Source: Eledone cirrhosa
Lineage: Eukaryota
NCBI GenBank assembly: GCA_964016885.1
Contig: OZ024745.1
Coordinates: 95,170,001-95,234,000, forward strand
Length of the DNA: 64,000 nucleotides
Direction of reading: 5' to 3'
The position numbers and the translations under genes were made by a program. The notes under the pieces were generated by a model. It was not told where the DNA came from. It searched no databases and was given only the letters and a program-made list of their open reading frames with translations. Each line of letters opens with the position of its first letter. Positions within the stretch are counted from its first letter, which is position 1. Positions 1 through 14,483 of this stretch are shown here, one piece after another.

Positions 1-230
1 CATTGTTAGTTAATAAATAAATCAACTAACACCTTAACACCTCACAGAAAGTAACATTTTTCGTTTTAATCATTTTCTAACCCAGATAAAAAGAGAAAAA
101 ATAAAAAGGAAAAAATATATCTTTCTTCCTGATAATCGTCTTTTTCTCCCTGTTTTCATATATATATATATATCCTAACTCGTGTGCTTCCTCTCCACAT
201 TTTATTATATATATATATATATATATATAT

Positions 231-422
231 AATAATTGTTTCTACTTTAGGCACAAGGCCAGCAATTATCCCAGTGCATTACTGGTACTTTATTTTATCG
301 ACCCCGTAAGGATGAAAGGCAAAGTTAACCTCGGCGGGATTTGAACTCAGATCATAAAGGGACGTAACTATGCTGGAAAGCATGGCGTCCGACCCTCTAC
401 CGATAGTGCCAATCCGCCGCCC
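231..422 (-). mobile_element. tRNA-derived SINE (MetaSINE-like central domain)
   Basis: Minus strand has A-box-like TGGCACTATCGG (400-411), B-box GAGTTCAAATCC (337-348), then GCCTTTCATCCTTACGGGGTCGATAAAATAAAGTACC and an ATT-rich tail. Near-identical copies at 21590, 51606 and 53926. Confidence 0.8.
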
Positions 423-435
423 TTATATATATATA

Positions 436-643
436 ATAATAATAATAAATTTGAAGACTAAAATCCAAAGAGGGCTCGATAAGGATAAATATATATCAAA
501 TATATAAGAACTGTAGAGCAAATATTTATTAAAATAACAGATTAAAGTTTAAGCAAAGAACCGCTGCTTTCACCCTTAACGGGATCTTCTTCAGCAGATC
601 CCGTTAAGGGTGAAAGCAGCGATTCTTTGCTTAAACTTTAATC

Positions 644-646
<3 letters not shown>
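436..646. repeat. PLE pLTR remnant with fold-back and degenerate hammerhead core
   Basis: Inverted arms ~540-587 / 596-644. Minus strand reads CTGAAGA-AGATCCCGTTAAGGGT-GAAA. Same family at 35856-36375. Confidence 0.55.
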
Positions 647-722
<76 letters not shown>

Positions 723-2314
723 AAATTTCTATTCTAAATGTATCAGAAAATACAAATAGAACGGGAATGCCAAAACATGGACTGAACACAAATTTGAATC
801 AATATTTAACAATCCAAAACGTGATATAAGTTTCAATAGTACATCTATTGGGTAGATAGGAAAGTTGTCGTAGATATTGTTTACTAAAGAAATTGTCAAA
901 CATTATGAATGCTCTTACGATAAATAACTTCATATTTCCAGATAAACTATTTATTATTAATGAAGGTATTCTGGTAAATAATGATAAAAATCATTAAAAC
1001 CATAAATATATTCATATTACAAGTAGTTTTCATTCTTATTTGATCTGATCGTTTGTGCTTAAGGATATATCAAGAACTACAAACACTTACCTTGCGGTAT
1101 TACAATTCTAAAAAAATAAATAGCTGTAAAATCCTATCTAATGAGGAATTCGTTTATCAAAGCAACAACTACTAATTAGAAATACACAGAATTCAACACG
1201 ATAAAAACACTGTGACAAACAAGGTATGACAAATATTTGTTTTCCCACGTACTAATGTAAATAAATGGTTTAATTGATTGACCTTTCGTTGAACAGATGC
1301 ACTCATCAGCGAATTAACACCTCTCCGTTGGTTTTCAGGTAGGGGAGAAAAGATTCGATGTATATAAACGTGAGTACACGTCTTGTACTCATGAACCGTA
1401 AAGTCCACTTCATTTACATTCAAAGAGAGAACGTAAAGATTCATAAACAAATACAGTATGGTATTTTATCCGTACTAACAGTTCCGTATATCAAATGACT
1501 ATAGAATTACTATGTTTGCAGAATCCAATAATGTTAGAGTAAACAACCTTTTAATACAAAGCATCTTTTTAACTGGATTTCAATAGATAAAATAAAAACA
1601 AAACGGACTATTCTTTAAAATAGATATTAAAATAAACTGCAAAACAAAATATCTGATAAATTGTTTAGTCTGTTAAGGCTGCAATAAGAACTATTTTGAT
1701 CAAACCATTAACTTTTTTGTGAACTAGTCACTGTAATCAAAGAAGAGATGAACAAACACAGTACTAAAACATCCCACAGAAATAAACATTTAGACATTTT
1801 CAGTAACAGTAAGTTCAAGATATTTCCTCAAGTTCAAGGAATGATCCAAACACATCAAGAAATTCACTCAGAAAATAAACCATAACGGTTCTGAGATGGA
1901 AGGACACGCATATTTACAGAATATTTCCTTTGCCCCCGAAAAACAATTTTGTTCTGTGAAGAAGCACACCTACCATGCTGCTGCTGCTGCTGCTACTATC
2001 ATGACTGCATCACTTCTCTCTCTGTACACAATAGCTCATTGTCCAGTCTTCTTCTCAGCAAGGAAGATTTTAAAAAACTTACCTCTTAGTTTTAAATCTT
2101 TAACTTTTAGTTTTTAATTCTTATTAATTCGTTTTAATTGTAATACTCAACATTTGATAAGATGAATTTTAATAATACACCGAAACCGGTAATACTTTAT
2201 ATACTTTATATTGTCATTTTGACGAATCAAAGAAAGGAAAAAAAAAGAAAAACAGACCCTAAAATATATTTTTCGTGCTATTTCCAACTTCACCGTTTCT
2301 CCCCCCCCCCCCAA

Positions 2315-2362
<48 letters not shown>

Positions 2363-2488
2363 GTAGGAGGTGAGTTTTATTGTAGTACAATAAAGCAATG
2401 CAGATATCGGATAAGAAGCACTCTACAGTTTGTGGGACTGGAGTATGCATAATATAAGATCAAAAGATGGTTAAAGGAGTTCCATATA

Positions 2489-2555
2489 TTTTATTATGCG
2501 CATTTCAAAAACAAACATCATCAAGCAATAATATTTGTGTTTTCATCAGATAAAA
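2489..2555 (-). ncRNA. Minimal type I hammerhead ribozyme
   Basis: TTTTAT-CTGATGA-stem II-GAAA-TGCGCA-TA-ATAAAA. Stem I pairs and stem III has a palindromic loop. Confidence 0.8.
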
Positions 2556-3550
2556 CAGGAGAACATGATATGAAGGCTAAAAAAACACTTGTTGATAGTG
2601 CAGTTTTAAATCAACATATGAAAAGTGGTTTTAGATTGATGTGTGATATTGGGAAAAATATTTTATTTAGAGAGGGGGGGGGGGGAAGGATGAAAAGGGA
2701 AGGAGATGAGAGGGAGAGATGGGTGATAGAGAGAAAGAGATAGTTTTTATAACTGAGAGGAGATATATTTTTTACATAGAGGGGTTGAAAACCGTTGGAA
2801 GATACTGTATAAATTAAAAATTTTGAAAATTAACGAAGGGAGGATATGTGCGAGGAAAACATATTTTATTTAGGGAGGGTGGGGTGGAAAGGATGAAAAA
2901 AAGGGGGGAGGAGATGAGAGTGAAGGTGGAGAGGGAGAGATGGGTGATAGAGAGAAAGAGATAGTTTTTATAACTGAGAAAAAGATATATTGTTTTAATA
3001 TAGAGAGGTTGTGAACCGTTGGAAATAATGTATAAATTAAAGGAATTTGAAAATTAACGAAGGGAAATTATGTATGAAGATAGAGAGAAAAAAATAATAA
3101 TTGTGGGTGAATATTCTAACGTCAAAAGAAGAAATGTATGTATTGTGGCAATTTCAAAATTAGCGAAGAGAAAAATTGTTAAGGTAGAAGGATTTGAGAA
3201 GTGTAGAAGGATTTGAGAAAAATAATGTGAAGTTAAAGTTTGTATATTGAATTGATATGTATTAATAATGAGTTCGTTGATGGGGAGAAAAAAATAATAA
3301 TAAATTAAGGATGAAATTGAGATTAAAAAGATTTATGATAGAGAGAAAAAATAATAATGATTGCGGATGAATATTCAAAATGTCAAAAACAAATGTTATT
3401 ATTTTACGAGAAGATAGAATGAGGGTAATGAGTAAACAAGTATTATAGAGTGTATAATGCCCTTTAAAGTAAGGTAGATGGGTATATTTTAAAGAGGTGT
3501 ATGTATATGTGCCTTTGAGAAAAGATTCTAAATTGATAAAGAATTGAATA

Positions 3551-4290
3551 TTAACTGTATACTTTGTGAAAAGTTCTATGGAATTTATGCAGGCAGATAG
3601 AAAACAAATCTGAGCGTCTATTTATTATAGATTCTAGGTTAGAGATAATGGTAAATTTTTCATTTAGGCAGAGATTACAGATTTTAGATAGAGAGCTGTT
3701 CAAGTATGAGGATGCAGAAGAAATCTTTTTCCAAAAGATGTTATATTTAATGTTTTTGTCTTTTAAGGACCATATGAGTTCTGAGAGAGCAATGTTAGTT
3801 CTTTTAAGTTTGTATTTGAAAGATGAATGATGATTATAGAGACGAGCTTTAAAAGAGGTGGAAGTGGAGCCAAAATAGGTGAAGGAATTGGTGCTAGTTA
3901 TAATTTTACATTCATAAATTAAGTTTTTATCGAGGCAATGGTTGTTGAGAGGACATTTATTTTTAATGCGGCAGTTGCAATTAGAGAGATTATTAATGAG
4001 TGATCTAGTGTTATCTATAGAAGGAATTGGATTGGAGAAGTTGTTTGCGATAGGAATAATAGGAATAATAGTTTCTTGATTTAGAGTTGGATTATGAACA
4101 TTTAGCGAAGTTGTGTTTGACGTTGTATTTGGGTTTACAGAAGTTAGCCTAGGGTTTACAATGACGTCGGGAGTACTATTACTGTTATTATGAAATTCAA
4201 TATTGGAAGGAAGAGATTTAGTATTTAATATTTTGTTGTTGTGTTTAGAGATGATGTTGGAAATATTGGAGGATGTAGAATACGAAAATT
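3551..4290 (-). pseudogene. PLE Cys-rich linker + GIY-YIG endonuclease fragment (Naiad-like)
   Basis: CNCRIKNKCPLNNHC, LIYEC...YFGST...FKARLYNH, CNLCLNEK, INRRSDL..C.H. The N-terminal 'MYTYIYIYI' of the ORF call is microsatellite. Confidence 0.85.
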
Positions 4291-5246
4291 TTATATATAT
4301 ATATATGTATGTATACATATATATATATGTGTGTCTGTGTGTGTGTGTATATATATGTGTGTGTGTTTATGTGTGTATATGTGTGTAAATGTGTATGTAT
4401 ATGTGTATGTGTGTGTGTGTGTGTGAATGTATGCGTGTGTGTGTGTGTGTGTGTGTGTGCTGGTGTGTGTGTGAATTATTAAACGAAAATATACTTAATA
4501 TTATAAAATATGAAATATGACAAACTGATGTTACATACAACTGTGAATGTACTAAAAAATACATATCCAAATATTTATATATCTACTTAGGTGTACACAT
4601 AACACATGCATACGTACACATACATATCTATGTAGTTACACACACACAAACTTAAACGCGCACACACCCACACACCTACACACTCACACACCAACACACT
4701 CTTACACACAAATGAACACAGGAAAGGAGATATTTGAAATAATCAAAAATGTTTTCAAATAAAATGAAAAATATGAATGATGACTCATGTTTATCAGCGT
4801 AACTTTTAATATTTATATTTCTTTTAGTAAGTGTGAGAAATCTAAATTGAAACACTCAAAATTTTAAGCTTACAAAATGATTTTCAATGGTTTCTTTTTT
4901 ATGTGGTTCACTTACATCGTTCCAGCTTGATGTTAAAACTCATAATATTGCTTCTAAAAGAAATTATCTCCAATCTTTACAATCCTTTTGAGTGTGGTTA
5001 TATTTTCAAAACCATTCTTTAATTTCTTCATACATTTTTTATGAATGTTTTGAAATTGAAGTATCTTTTAAAGCTCCTCTGTGTCTCTAAAGTCTGGATA
5101 TTTTGGGGAAATGTTTGCGTATGAAAGAAAATAATTCTATTTTTACATTTTTCTTTCTTATGTACCTTGCAAAATAAATATTTCTGTATTACGATTTATT
5201 TATATGGAATTTTTTCATACATAAATTTATTCTGAGAGAAGTTTGA

Positions 5247-5385
5247 GATATATGCAGGCACGGATTTATGTGGGTCCAGATATATGTAGGGGAGCAGATT
5301 TATGTAGGCACAGATATATGTAGGGGCAGATTTGTGTAGGCACAGATATTTGTGGGTCCAGATATATGTAGGGGCAGATTTATGT
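5247..5385. repeat. Degenerate minisatellite
   Basis: Repeated GAT(A/T)TATGT(A/G)GG(GG/CA/GTC)CA units of roughly 16 nt. Confidence 0.6.
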
Positions 5386-5678
5386 TGGTGAAGATGTATA
5401 TGGGCGCAAGTACAGTTGTGTGGTTAAGAAGTTCACATTACAACTACATAGTTCATACCGCGACCCCACTGCTTAGTATATTGAACAAATGCTCTCTACT
5501 TTTACCCCCTCACCAGGTTCCGCAGTACTTGTGAGTGGAAGTTCGTAGCTGAAGAGTGTGTACATACATATCTATTTAATTAATCATTTGAGGCGTCCGT
5601 GTAGAGTTGGTAAGACATGACATACTAAGAGAGCTGTGCTTACATTATGTTTTCATCTATCTATTTATCTATCTATCT

Positions 5679-5784
<106 letters not shown>

Positions 5785-5789
5785 ATATA

Positions 5790-5833
<44 letters not shown>

Positions 5834-5915
5834 TATATAACCCACACTACTACCCTAAGTATCGAATACTCTGATGCGTTATGGTCCACCTGGTTTCTTA
5901 CCACACTTTCTTTGT

Positions 5916-5997
<82 letters not shown>

Positions 5998-5999
5998 TA

Positions 6000-6352
6000 C
6001 TAGCAGAGGTACCCGGCGTTGCTCGGGTATTAAATAGCAGTTATGTATATCATTTTTGTCAATATTTCATTGCTGCTTCGAAAACTATACTTTTACAAAA
6101 TCATCGGCTTTTTCGAAAAAAGGCGGTTCTTGCCCCCCAGTTGTCCCCTACTCAATATGTGCGAATTCACATTCCTCTGTAGAACAAACGTAGCCCATGT
6201 GTCGAATTTTGTAAAAATCGGTTGCGAACTCCAGAAGTTATGACGTTTTGTTGCATTGCACTGCAGTGCTTCAGTCGACTCCAAGGAAGCGATTGGAGGG
6301 GGTTATCTGCCGGGAGGTCCTATAATCAATATCTGGAAAAATGAAAGTGCCC
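6000..6352 (-). mobile_element. Non-autonomous Helitron, 3' portion
   Basis: Minus strand ends ACCCGAGCAACGCCGGGT hairpin + CTAG. Closely matches 34604-34955. A matching 5' portion lies at ~8100-8250. Confidence 0.7.
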
Positions 6353-7053
6353 ATAAAAAATTATTATTTATATATATATATTAAAAATGTTCATTTAATA
6401 ACACAAAGGATGTATAACATTAATAAAAAAAAAATCATTTATGCTTTGTATGTATATATTATATACGGGGGTAGATAAGATGTGTATTTTGTGAGTGTGT
6501 GTATATATATATTTATGTGTATTTTTCCGTGTGTGTACGTGTTATATGATATGTAATTTCTCTAGCAATATATAGATTTCTTAATGTTTAAATTCCACTT
6601 TTTAATATATTGATCTCAATTTTTAAACTAAATATCTAATCATAGTTAAACAATGATTAATTTCTCATATTATATATGTATATTCCATTCATGAATATTA
6701 ATATTTCTAATTTTATTTATCCATTTCATCTCAATTGTTAACTTAACTTAATATGACATGACTTAAGGTTTTCGTTCTCTCCCCTCTCTCTATCTCTATA
6801 TTTCTCTCTCTCGATTTTTTTCTCTCTGTCGGGTGTTTTGATATCTCTCTCTCGTTTTTCTCTTTTTTCTTTTTCTTTCTTTATTTCTCCCTTTTCTCTC
6901 TCCGCTTTTCTCTCTCTCCGTCTTTTTCCTTCTCCGTAACACAACGACTTACTAATATAAGTAAACAAATCCACTATCCCGATGTCTTCCAAAAGTAACG
7001 GTTGCATTTTGAAAGGGTATGTCAATATTTATTTATAAAACTGGTATATATTG

Positions 7054-7118
7054 TATTTTGTCTGATGAAAGCATACCATAATTTAACATGGTATCCTTGA
7101 AATATGTATAATAAAATA
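7054..7118 (+). ncRNA. Minimal type I hammerhead ribozyme in pLTR remnant
   Basis: TATTTTGT-CTGATGA-AAGCATACCAT..ATGGTATCCTT-GAAA-TATGTA-TA-ATAAAATA. Confidence 0.8.
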
Positions 7119-7162
7119 GATATGGTTTTATAAATATAGTTTCCATTTGTTAATATCGTATA

Positions 7163-7255
<93 letters not shown>

Positions 7256-7523
7256 GGGTACGGCTTTTGGAGGAAGGGGTGACCAGCAGTACGTTGTTAG
7301 GTATTATTACGAAAAGGTGTACCAGAGAATCCTGCTGAACTAACAGCTCGGGAGGAAACTGCTTATCTCGAATATTCATTCGCCATCGTTCTTGTCAACG
7401 CTCCGTTTTTTGGTATTTGTTGGTCTACAGTTAGACGAATGGCGCACAAAGGGTTAATGTTTAATGGCAAGAAGTTTTTTGAATAATAAAAGACGGGTTA
7501 ATGCAACCTACAATGTATCTGTA

Positions 7524-7618
<95 letters not shown>

Positions 7619-8240
7619 ATATGTATGCATATATATATGTGTGTGTATGTATATATATATATATAAATATATAGGTGTGTGTGTATATATATACATATAT
7701 TTTTATGTGTATATTTATATGTGTATATGTGTATATGTGTATATCTATACATGTGTATATTGTTTGTATATCTATATATATATATGTATATGTATATATG
7801 TATATGTATATATATATATGTATATATATATGTATATGTGTATATATGTGTGTGTGTGTATATATATATATATGTATATATATATATGTATATATAAGAA
7901 TATATGTATATATATATGTGCGTGTGCACATGTGCGCGCGCACACGCTCGCTGTCTGTGTGTGCGCGCGTGTCTGAGTGTGAATGTAGCAAAAATAATAA
8001 GTCAGCAATGACGTTATGCAGACAGCCAAGCATACAGACAGATATTATAAGAGCGCGACGGAGATGGATAACCGGCGCCTAACACCCTTTAACAACAGAA
8101 AATTAAAAGAAAAAAGAAAAAACATGGCAGTTAATATCTTTAGACCGCAAGGAATATATAAATGCAAGTTTGAAGTCAATCGGCGTAGAAATGTGGATTT
8201 GTATAGACTTTGCAAAAATGAGGACACACAGACAACATCA

Positions 8241-8281
<41 letters not shown>

Positions 8282-8486
8282 AAGTAAAATAAAGGAGCAA
8301 AGGACTCTCGTATAATCCTGTAATTAAATGAGCTCAGGAAAGAGTTTTCCTGGGCACTTTAAAATACAATGTGTTTTTCTTTACAGGAATTTCAAACCAC
8401 CAGCGTGAAGAGAATGTAAGCTAATAGAAATTATTGTAGAGAAAAACACACTCTTCTGTGTCTTTCCCCTCTATATATATATATAT

Positions 8487-8695
8487 AGGAACGAGTAGGA
8501 TCCCTACGGCTGAGCTCAAGCCGTTTCGACGGCTAATTCTGAACTAAACTAAACTTTTAGTCCAGAATTAGCCGTCGAAACGGCTTGAGCTCAGCCGTCG
8601 GGGTCCTACTCGTTCCTATTACCCACTCTACTACCCTAAGTATTGAGTACTTTGGTGCGTTATGGTCCACCTGGTTCCTTCCCACATTTCCTTCG

Positions 8696-8699
<4 letters not shown>
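8487..8699 (+). repeat. Fold-back pLTR tail fragment of the family at 58497-62813
   Basis: 8557-8699 matches 59208-59351, and 8487-8547 is its inverted copy. Flanked by (TA)n. Confidence 0.8.
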
Positions 8700-8748
<49 letters not shown>

Positions 8749-9138
8749 TAGGTGTTGTAATACAGATTTAAAAATGCACCGAATGTTTTATTTTTCTATA
8801 CAACATACAACGAAAAATAAAATAGTCCCTACAATATATATGATAGTTTCTTTATTAAAACATAGGAAGTTTTACAAAAATAGACATGATTAACTAATTA
8901 GATAATCGTGGCTATCTCTGAAAACCTACCTATATTTAAAAGAAAATACAATATAATTTGTATGGACTTAATTTCTATTCGCAAAGGTATATGTATATGA
9001 AAATCAGTAAGTGTCTCCTTATTATTTTCACTATACACACGTGTGCACATATGCGTGCGCACACGTACCCTTCCCCCCACACACACTCACATATACACAC
9101 ACACATATATATAAATATATATAAATATATATATTTAT

Positions 9139-9223
<85 letters not shown>

Positions 9224-9231
9224 GAGAGAAT

Positions 9232-9470
9232 AAAAGAGAAAACACAGGTAAGCATTAAAAAAAGGATTTTATCCAGGTATTTACGACCGTTTCATTGGTA
9301 AGCGCAACCTTATATCGCTATACTGCAAATAGCAGCCACTCGATAATAATAACAGTAATTATCGAGTGGCTGCTATTTGCACTATAGCGATATAAGGTTG
9401 GGCTTACCAATGAAACGGTTGTAAATACCTGGATAAAATCCTTTTTTTAATGCTTACCTGTGTTTTCTCT
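9232..9470. repeat. ~115 bp inverted repeat (pLTR fold-back)
   Basis: AAGAGAAAACACAGG...CCACTCGATAAT / ATTATCGAGTGG...CCTGTGTTTTCTCTT. Confidence 0.8.
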
Positions 9471-9798
9471 TATATTCTTTATACTCCAAGATTATACGTG
9501 ATGTACTAAGCACATTCTTACAAACTTGTGGAGTTACCCCTGACCGTACGTTGGAAACCGTCAAAGAAACTTAATCACAAACTGGATTACAATAAGCAAT
9601 TATATATATATATATTAGTGTCGGAGAGGTTTAAATCCCGTACATTTAAATTAAGGGCTTAATTTAAATGTACGGGATTTAAACCTCTCCGACACTAATT
9701 TGCAAAATTAGTAACCCCACTATCGGGGAGCTTCCAACCGACATGGTCGCATTCTTTAAGGGTATGTCAATATTTGTTTATAAAACTGATCTATATTA

Positions 9799-9863
9799 TA
9801 TTTTATCTGATGAAAGCGCACCATAATTTGCTTTGGTGTCTTTGAAATATGTATAATGAAATA
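9799..9863 (+). ncRNA. Minimal type I hammerhead ribozyme
   Basis: TATTTTAT-CTGATGA-AAGCGCACCA..TGGTGTCTTT-GAAA-TATGTA-TA-ATGAAATA. Preceded by a perfect palindrome at 9615-9699. Confidence 0.8.
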
Positions 9864-9909
9864 AATATGGTTTTATAAATATAGTTTCCATTTGTCAATA
9901 TATATATAA

Positions 9910-10555
9910 ACGGAAAAAATGAAACGAAATTTCATTTCTCACTCTTAGTACGGCTGTTACTTAAATATAACTATGTACACGTACATACATATATGTATAC
10001 AGACGTACAGTAGTATGTATATATATATATACATACATGCACACATATATATGTGTACGTATGGATTCACCGAACATTTATTATAATGCCCGGTGTGTCT
10101 GTAAACAAACATCCCGAATTAAGCCGTACAGTGTCTAGCAACCATCGTTGCTCAATTGTTCAACACTGACAAAGGAACGCTGTACTAGTTTCAAGCTTAT
10201 TAGCTATCGTCAGCAACGTATACCTTCCTGCCAGATGATTGAACGTTAATATGCATAAGGAAAGTATATACTTTCAGACGTTCAACCATCTAGCAGGAAG
10301 GTATACGTTGCTGTCGATAGCTAATAAGCTTGAAACTAGTACAGCGTTCCTTTGTCAGTGTTGAACAAATGAGCAACGATGGTTGATAGACACTGTACGG
10401 CTTAATTCGGGATGTTTGTTTACAGACACACCGGGCATTATAATAAATGTTCGGTGAATCCATACGTACATATATATATGTGTGCATGTATGTATATATA
10501 TACATACTACTGTACGTCTGTATACATATATGTATGTACGTATACATACTTATAA
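9910..10555. repeat. Fold-back pLTR element with a hammerhead in each arm
   Basis: Arms ~9965-10245 / ~10278-10553 are inverted. Same family occurs in tandem at 33786-34500. Confidence 0.8.
10178..10218 (-). ncRNA. Minimal type I hammerhead ribozyme
   Basis: CGTTG-CTGACGA-TAGCT-AATA-AGCTT-GAAA-CTAG-TA-CAGCG. The opposite arm (10306-10346, +) has a mutated core CTGTCGA. Another copy lies at ~34075-34114 (-). Confidence 0.8.
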
Positions 10556-10847
10556 TATATATATATATATTTAAGAGTTAAACAAGATTCAATGAATACG
10601 TCAAAGAATTAGTTTTACAATAGATTGGAAGCACTCTACAGTAAATATTTTCAAGAGTTATTAATATTAATTGCAAATATTAACAAAGTATTTCTTAAAA
10701 TATATTACTCACACTCCCTCTATCGATTGTATTACATTTTCTCATGTTCTCAATATTAGTGTATAAATATTGAGTTTTGTCATAAGTTAATCACTACCTT
10801 GATTAAATCTTAACCATCTACCATGTCAGGGTATGTCATGTATCATT

Positions 10848-10915
10848 TTATTTTATCTGATGAGGACGTACTGTTGAACTTAATTCAGTACCTCTGAAAT
10901 ATGTATAATGAAATA
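10848..10915 (+). ncRNA. Minimal type I hammerhead ribozyme
   Basis: TTATTTTAT-CTGATGA-GGACGTACTG..CAGTACCTCT-GAAA-TATGTA-TA-ATGAAATAA. Related to the element at 30608-33669. Confidence 0.8.
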
Positions 10916-10955
10916 AATATGGTTTTATAAATATAGTTTCCATTTGTTAATATAT

Positions 10956-10997
<42 letters not shown>

Positions 10998-11741
10998 AAA
11001 TTAAGATAAATTAAATGAATTTAATCTAAATCGAAATTGTGGGTGTCATGTCATAAACATGCGCCATACATCCTGAAAATTAAGCTCTAAGATAAGTCTG
11101 AGCATACAATAATAACTAGAAATTGATTAACATATAAATATACATGAATAATCACAGGAGATAATTTTAGCCCGCGTGTAACCACGCATAGCTAGTATAG
11201 GTAATATTTACCTTTAAGTATGATTAACCTTCCTTGTATATATCCCATTAAAGAAATATATTTCACCAATTAATCAGATGGTAAGTCACGGAAAGTGGAC
11301 ATTATTGGATTGTCAACAAGGAAAGTGTAACAATGTTCAGCTATCCGTCCTTACAGGACGAGCCAAAATCTTCAACTAGCCGTCACCACGTGTTGCGTCT
11401 ACACAAAATAGCGGTTTCGTTTCAGTGGCGTGAATAGGTATTTGCCAACTAGAAATAGCAGTCAAATTGTCTTCAACAGAAATAGCTCTACAGTTAAGGA
11501 GCAGTATATATATATCTATATCCAATATTAAGATAAATTAAATGAATTTAATCTAAATCGAAATTGTGGGTGTCATGTCATAAACATGCGCCATACATCC
11601 TGGAAATTAAGCTCTAAGATAAGTCTGAGCATACAATAATAACTAGAAATTGATTAACATATAAATATACATGAATAATGGGCTAAAATTATCTCCTGTG
11701 ATTATTCATGTATATTTATATGTTAATCAATTTCTAGTTAT

Positions 11742-11938
<197 letters not shown>

Positions 11939-12082
11939 TCTGCAGGACTATAAAATCATCAGACGTATGAGATAGTTTTAGTCATGCGAAAGTCATTTCT
12001 ATTTATAATAAAGATGCCTATATTCTACCAATGGATTGAGTAACCTATTATATGTGTATATACAAATTACAATTTTCTTTCC

Positions 12083-12170
<88 letters not shown>

Positions 12171-12337
12171 TATATATATATATATTATAAAGAAAACGAA
12201 AAATAAGTGATGCATCTGGACTTAATTTATTGCGTGTTACAATTGTTTCTCCGGCAGGTAGCTCGAGACGTGGTCCTTGTATGGATCCGGCTGATTGGCA
12301 TACCGCCTATAGAAGCGCCTTAGCTACCACTATATAC

Positions 12338-12396
<59 letters not shown>

Positions 12397-12820
12397 GTAG
12401 GAGGTGAGTTTTATTGTAGTACAATAAAGCAATGCAGATATCGGATAAGATATCTATATATATATATATAAAATTTAGTACAGCATCATCGAAGCTCTGG
12501 TTACAGCCAAGCTAACGAATGCAATCTCGGAGTGCAGCTCAGCACTCAATAGGGTATATTACCCTAGTGTTATAACATTACGTTTAGACAGCTTTGCAAA
12601 TTGAAGACAGCGACCGATAGACGGGCGGCAGTGGCCATAGCGACGAAAAAAACTGAACTCAGGATAAAATTTGACGAATCTGGACGGTCGCGTCGACATC
12701 ATACACAACACATGATATATACCATATAATATACATCACATATAATATATAATATCTCCGCTAGGTTTCTGTAAATCCGAAATCGACAAAATCCACCTGC
12801 AGGGGTTTGCAAGTTAATGG

Positions 12821-12886
<66 letters not shown>

Positions 12887-12987
12887 AGGTAGTGAGTAAT
12901 ATTGTAGAACAATAAAACTATGCATATTTCAGATAAGTAGCACTCAACAGTTGGTAGAATTAAAAGATGGTTAAAAAAGTTCCATAT

Positions 12988-13056
12988 ATTTTATTATGCG
13001 CATTTCGAAAACAACATCAGCCTGGGACAAAAATTGTGTTCTCATCAGACAAAATA
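12988..13056 (-). ncRNA. Minimal type I hammerhead ribozyme (family of copy A)
   Basis: TATTTTGT-CTGATGA-GAACAC...GTTTTC-GAAA-TGCGCA-TA-ATAAAATA. Confidence 0.75.
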
Positions 13057-13609
13057 AGGTAACATGATATGAGGCCTAAAAACACTTGTGAACAAGAAAG
13101 TGTCCAACTACATATGACAAAAATATAAGAGAAGAGAAAAAAAAAGTAGGAAAAATCAAGGCGTATAAAATGCGCATAATAAAATATATGGAACTTGTTT
13201 AACCATCTTTTAATTTCTTCTTTATATATATATATAGGAAAGACAGTTTGTAATTTCACACAGTTAGATATATTAAAAGAAGAAATTTGAAAATGAACTT
13301 TAGAGTTTGAGGAAAATATATTTAGAATAATTCACTTTACCGGTTCCACGATTTTTGACGATTTTTAAAAGTGACAAGGAAAGAAATTACGTCTTTCCTT
13401 GTCACTTTTAAAAACCGTCAAAAATCGTGAAATGGATAGTTATTCTAAATAAATCTTCTTCAAAGATCTAAATTTTATTTTCAAATTCTTTATATATATA
13501 TATATATCAAAGAGAGTGAGAGAGAGACAGACAGAGAGAGAGAGAAGTGGGGGAGATTCATATCTATCTATCTATCTATCTATCTATATAAATAAAATAA
13601 AGAAACATA

Positions 13610-14468
13610 TCTAACTATATAAATAAAACTGAGGATGTCTGTCTGTGTGTGTGTGAGTTCGAATCCCTAAAACTCGAGAACCACCCAACCGACAGTTTTC
13701 AAACTTTACACATGTAATACTTATCTTTCAGGGAGTGTTCTGAGCAAAACAAATTACAAATTTTCCATGCCCTAGGGACCGCATTAGGCGATTTAGCGAT
13801 CTCGCTCTATAATTCTTAGTCTTTCTCTTTTTAAATAGATACATACATATAATGTCGCGCCCTTATAATATCTGTCTGTATGTCTGACTGTCTGCATTAC
13901 GTCACTTCCCTGAGGATGTCCGTCTGTGTGTGTGTGTGTGTGTATGTGTGTGTGTGTGTATGTGTGTGTGTGTGTATGTGTGTGTGTGTGTGTATGTGTG
14001 TGTTTGTATGTGTGTGTGCCTGTGAGTTTGAATCCCTAAAACTCAAGAAGTACCCAACCGATTTTTTTCAAACTTTATATGTGTATTACTTATGTTTCAG
14101 GGAGTGTTATACACATGAAAAATTCAACTTTTTTATCTTCTAGGGCCCGCATTAGGTGAAGAACTTCATTTTTTCAGCTTCTTAGAGCTTTTTGGAGGCC
14201 TTACGTCTAGCCGATTTTCCTGAAATTTAAAGGCAGATTAAGCACATAAAAAAAATTCATTTTCTTGATCCCCTAGGGCCCGCATTAAGTGAAAACCTGC
14301 ATTTTTCCTGTTTCATCGAGGAAAATCTTAAAGATTATCCAGCCATCAGAGAATTCTGTTTATTTTCTTTACATATTGTCCAGGCATGCAGTTTTTCCAC
14401 GATTAGGTCTGTTGGCGGCCCGCATTCCAAAATACCTTATCCCGTGCAACACCGGGTACCACTGCTAG
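13610..14468 (+). mobile_element. Non-autonomous Helitron
   Basis: 5' TC...TATAAATAAAACTG, internal (GT)n and duplicated segment, 3' hairpin CCCGTGCAACACCGGG then CTAG. Confidence 0.7.
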
Positions 14469-14483
14469 CACATAATAAATGTA

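Larger units (their letters stand above)
2360..4290 (-). mobile_element. 5'-truncated Naiad-like PLE (EN region + 3' UTR/pLTR), copy A
   Basis: Carries a GIY-YIG frame and a hammerhead near its 3' end, with (TA)n on both sides. The terminal sequence recurs at 12392-12450 and 12885-13220. Confidence 0.8.

Noticed and set aside
337-411. tRNA gene
   Set aside because: A/B boxes belong to a SINE head. No cloverleaf is evident, and it recurs with the SINE body.
1268-1318. Hammerhead-like CTGATGA...GAAA on the minus strand
   Set aside because: Stems II and III pair poorly. At most an old remnant.
860-5190. Possible minus-strand host exons: GTAAG donor motifs at ~1090, ~2080 and ~4915, and a possible 38-nt exon near 4916-4953
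   Set aside because: No recognisable protein similarity or consistent frame. Needs RNA-seq.
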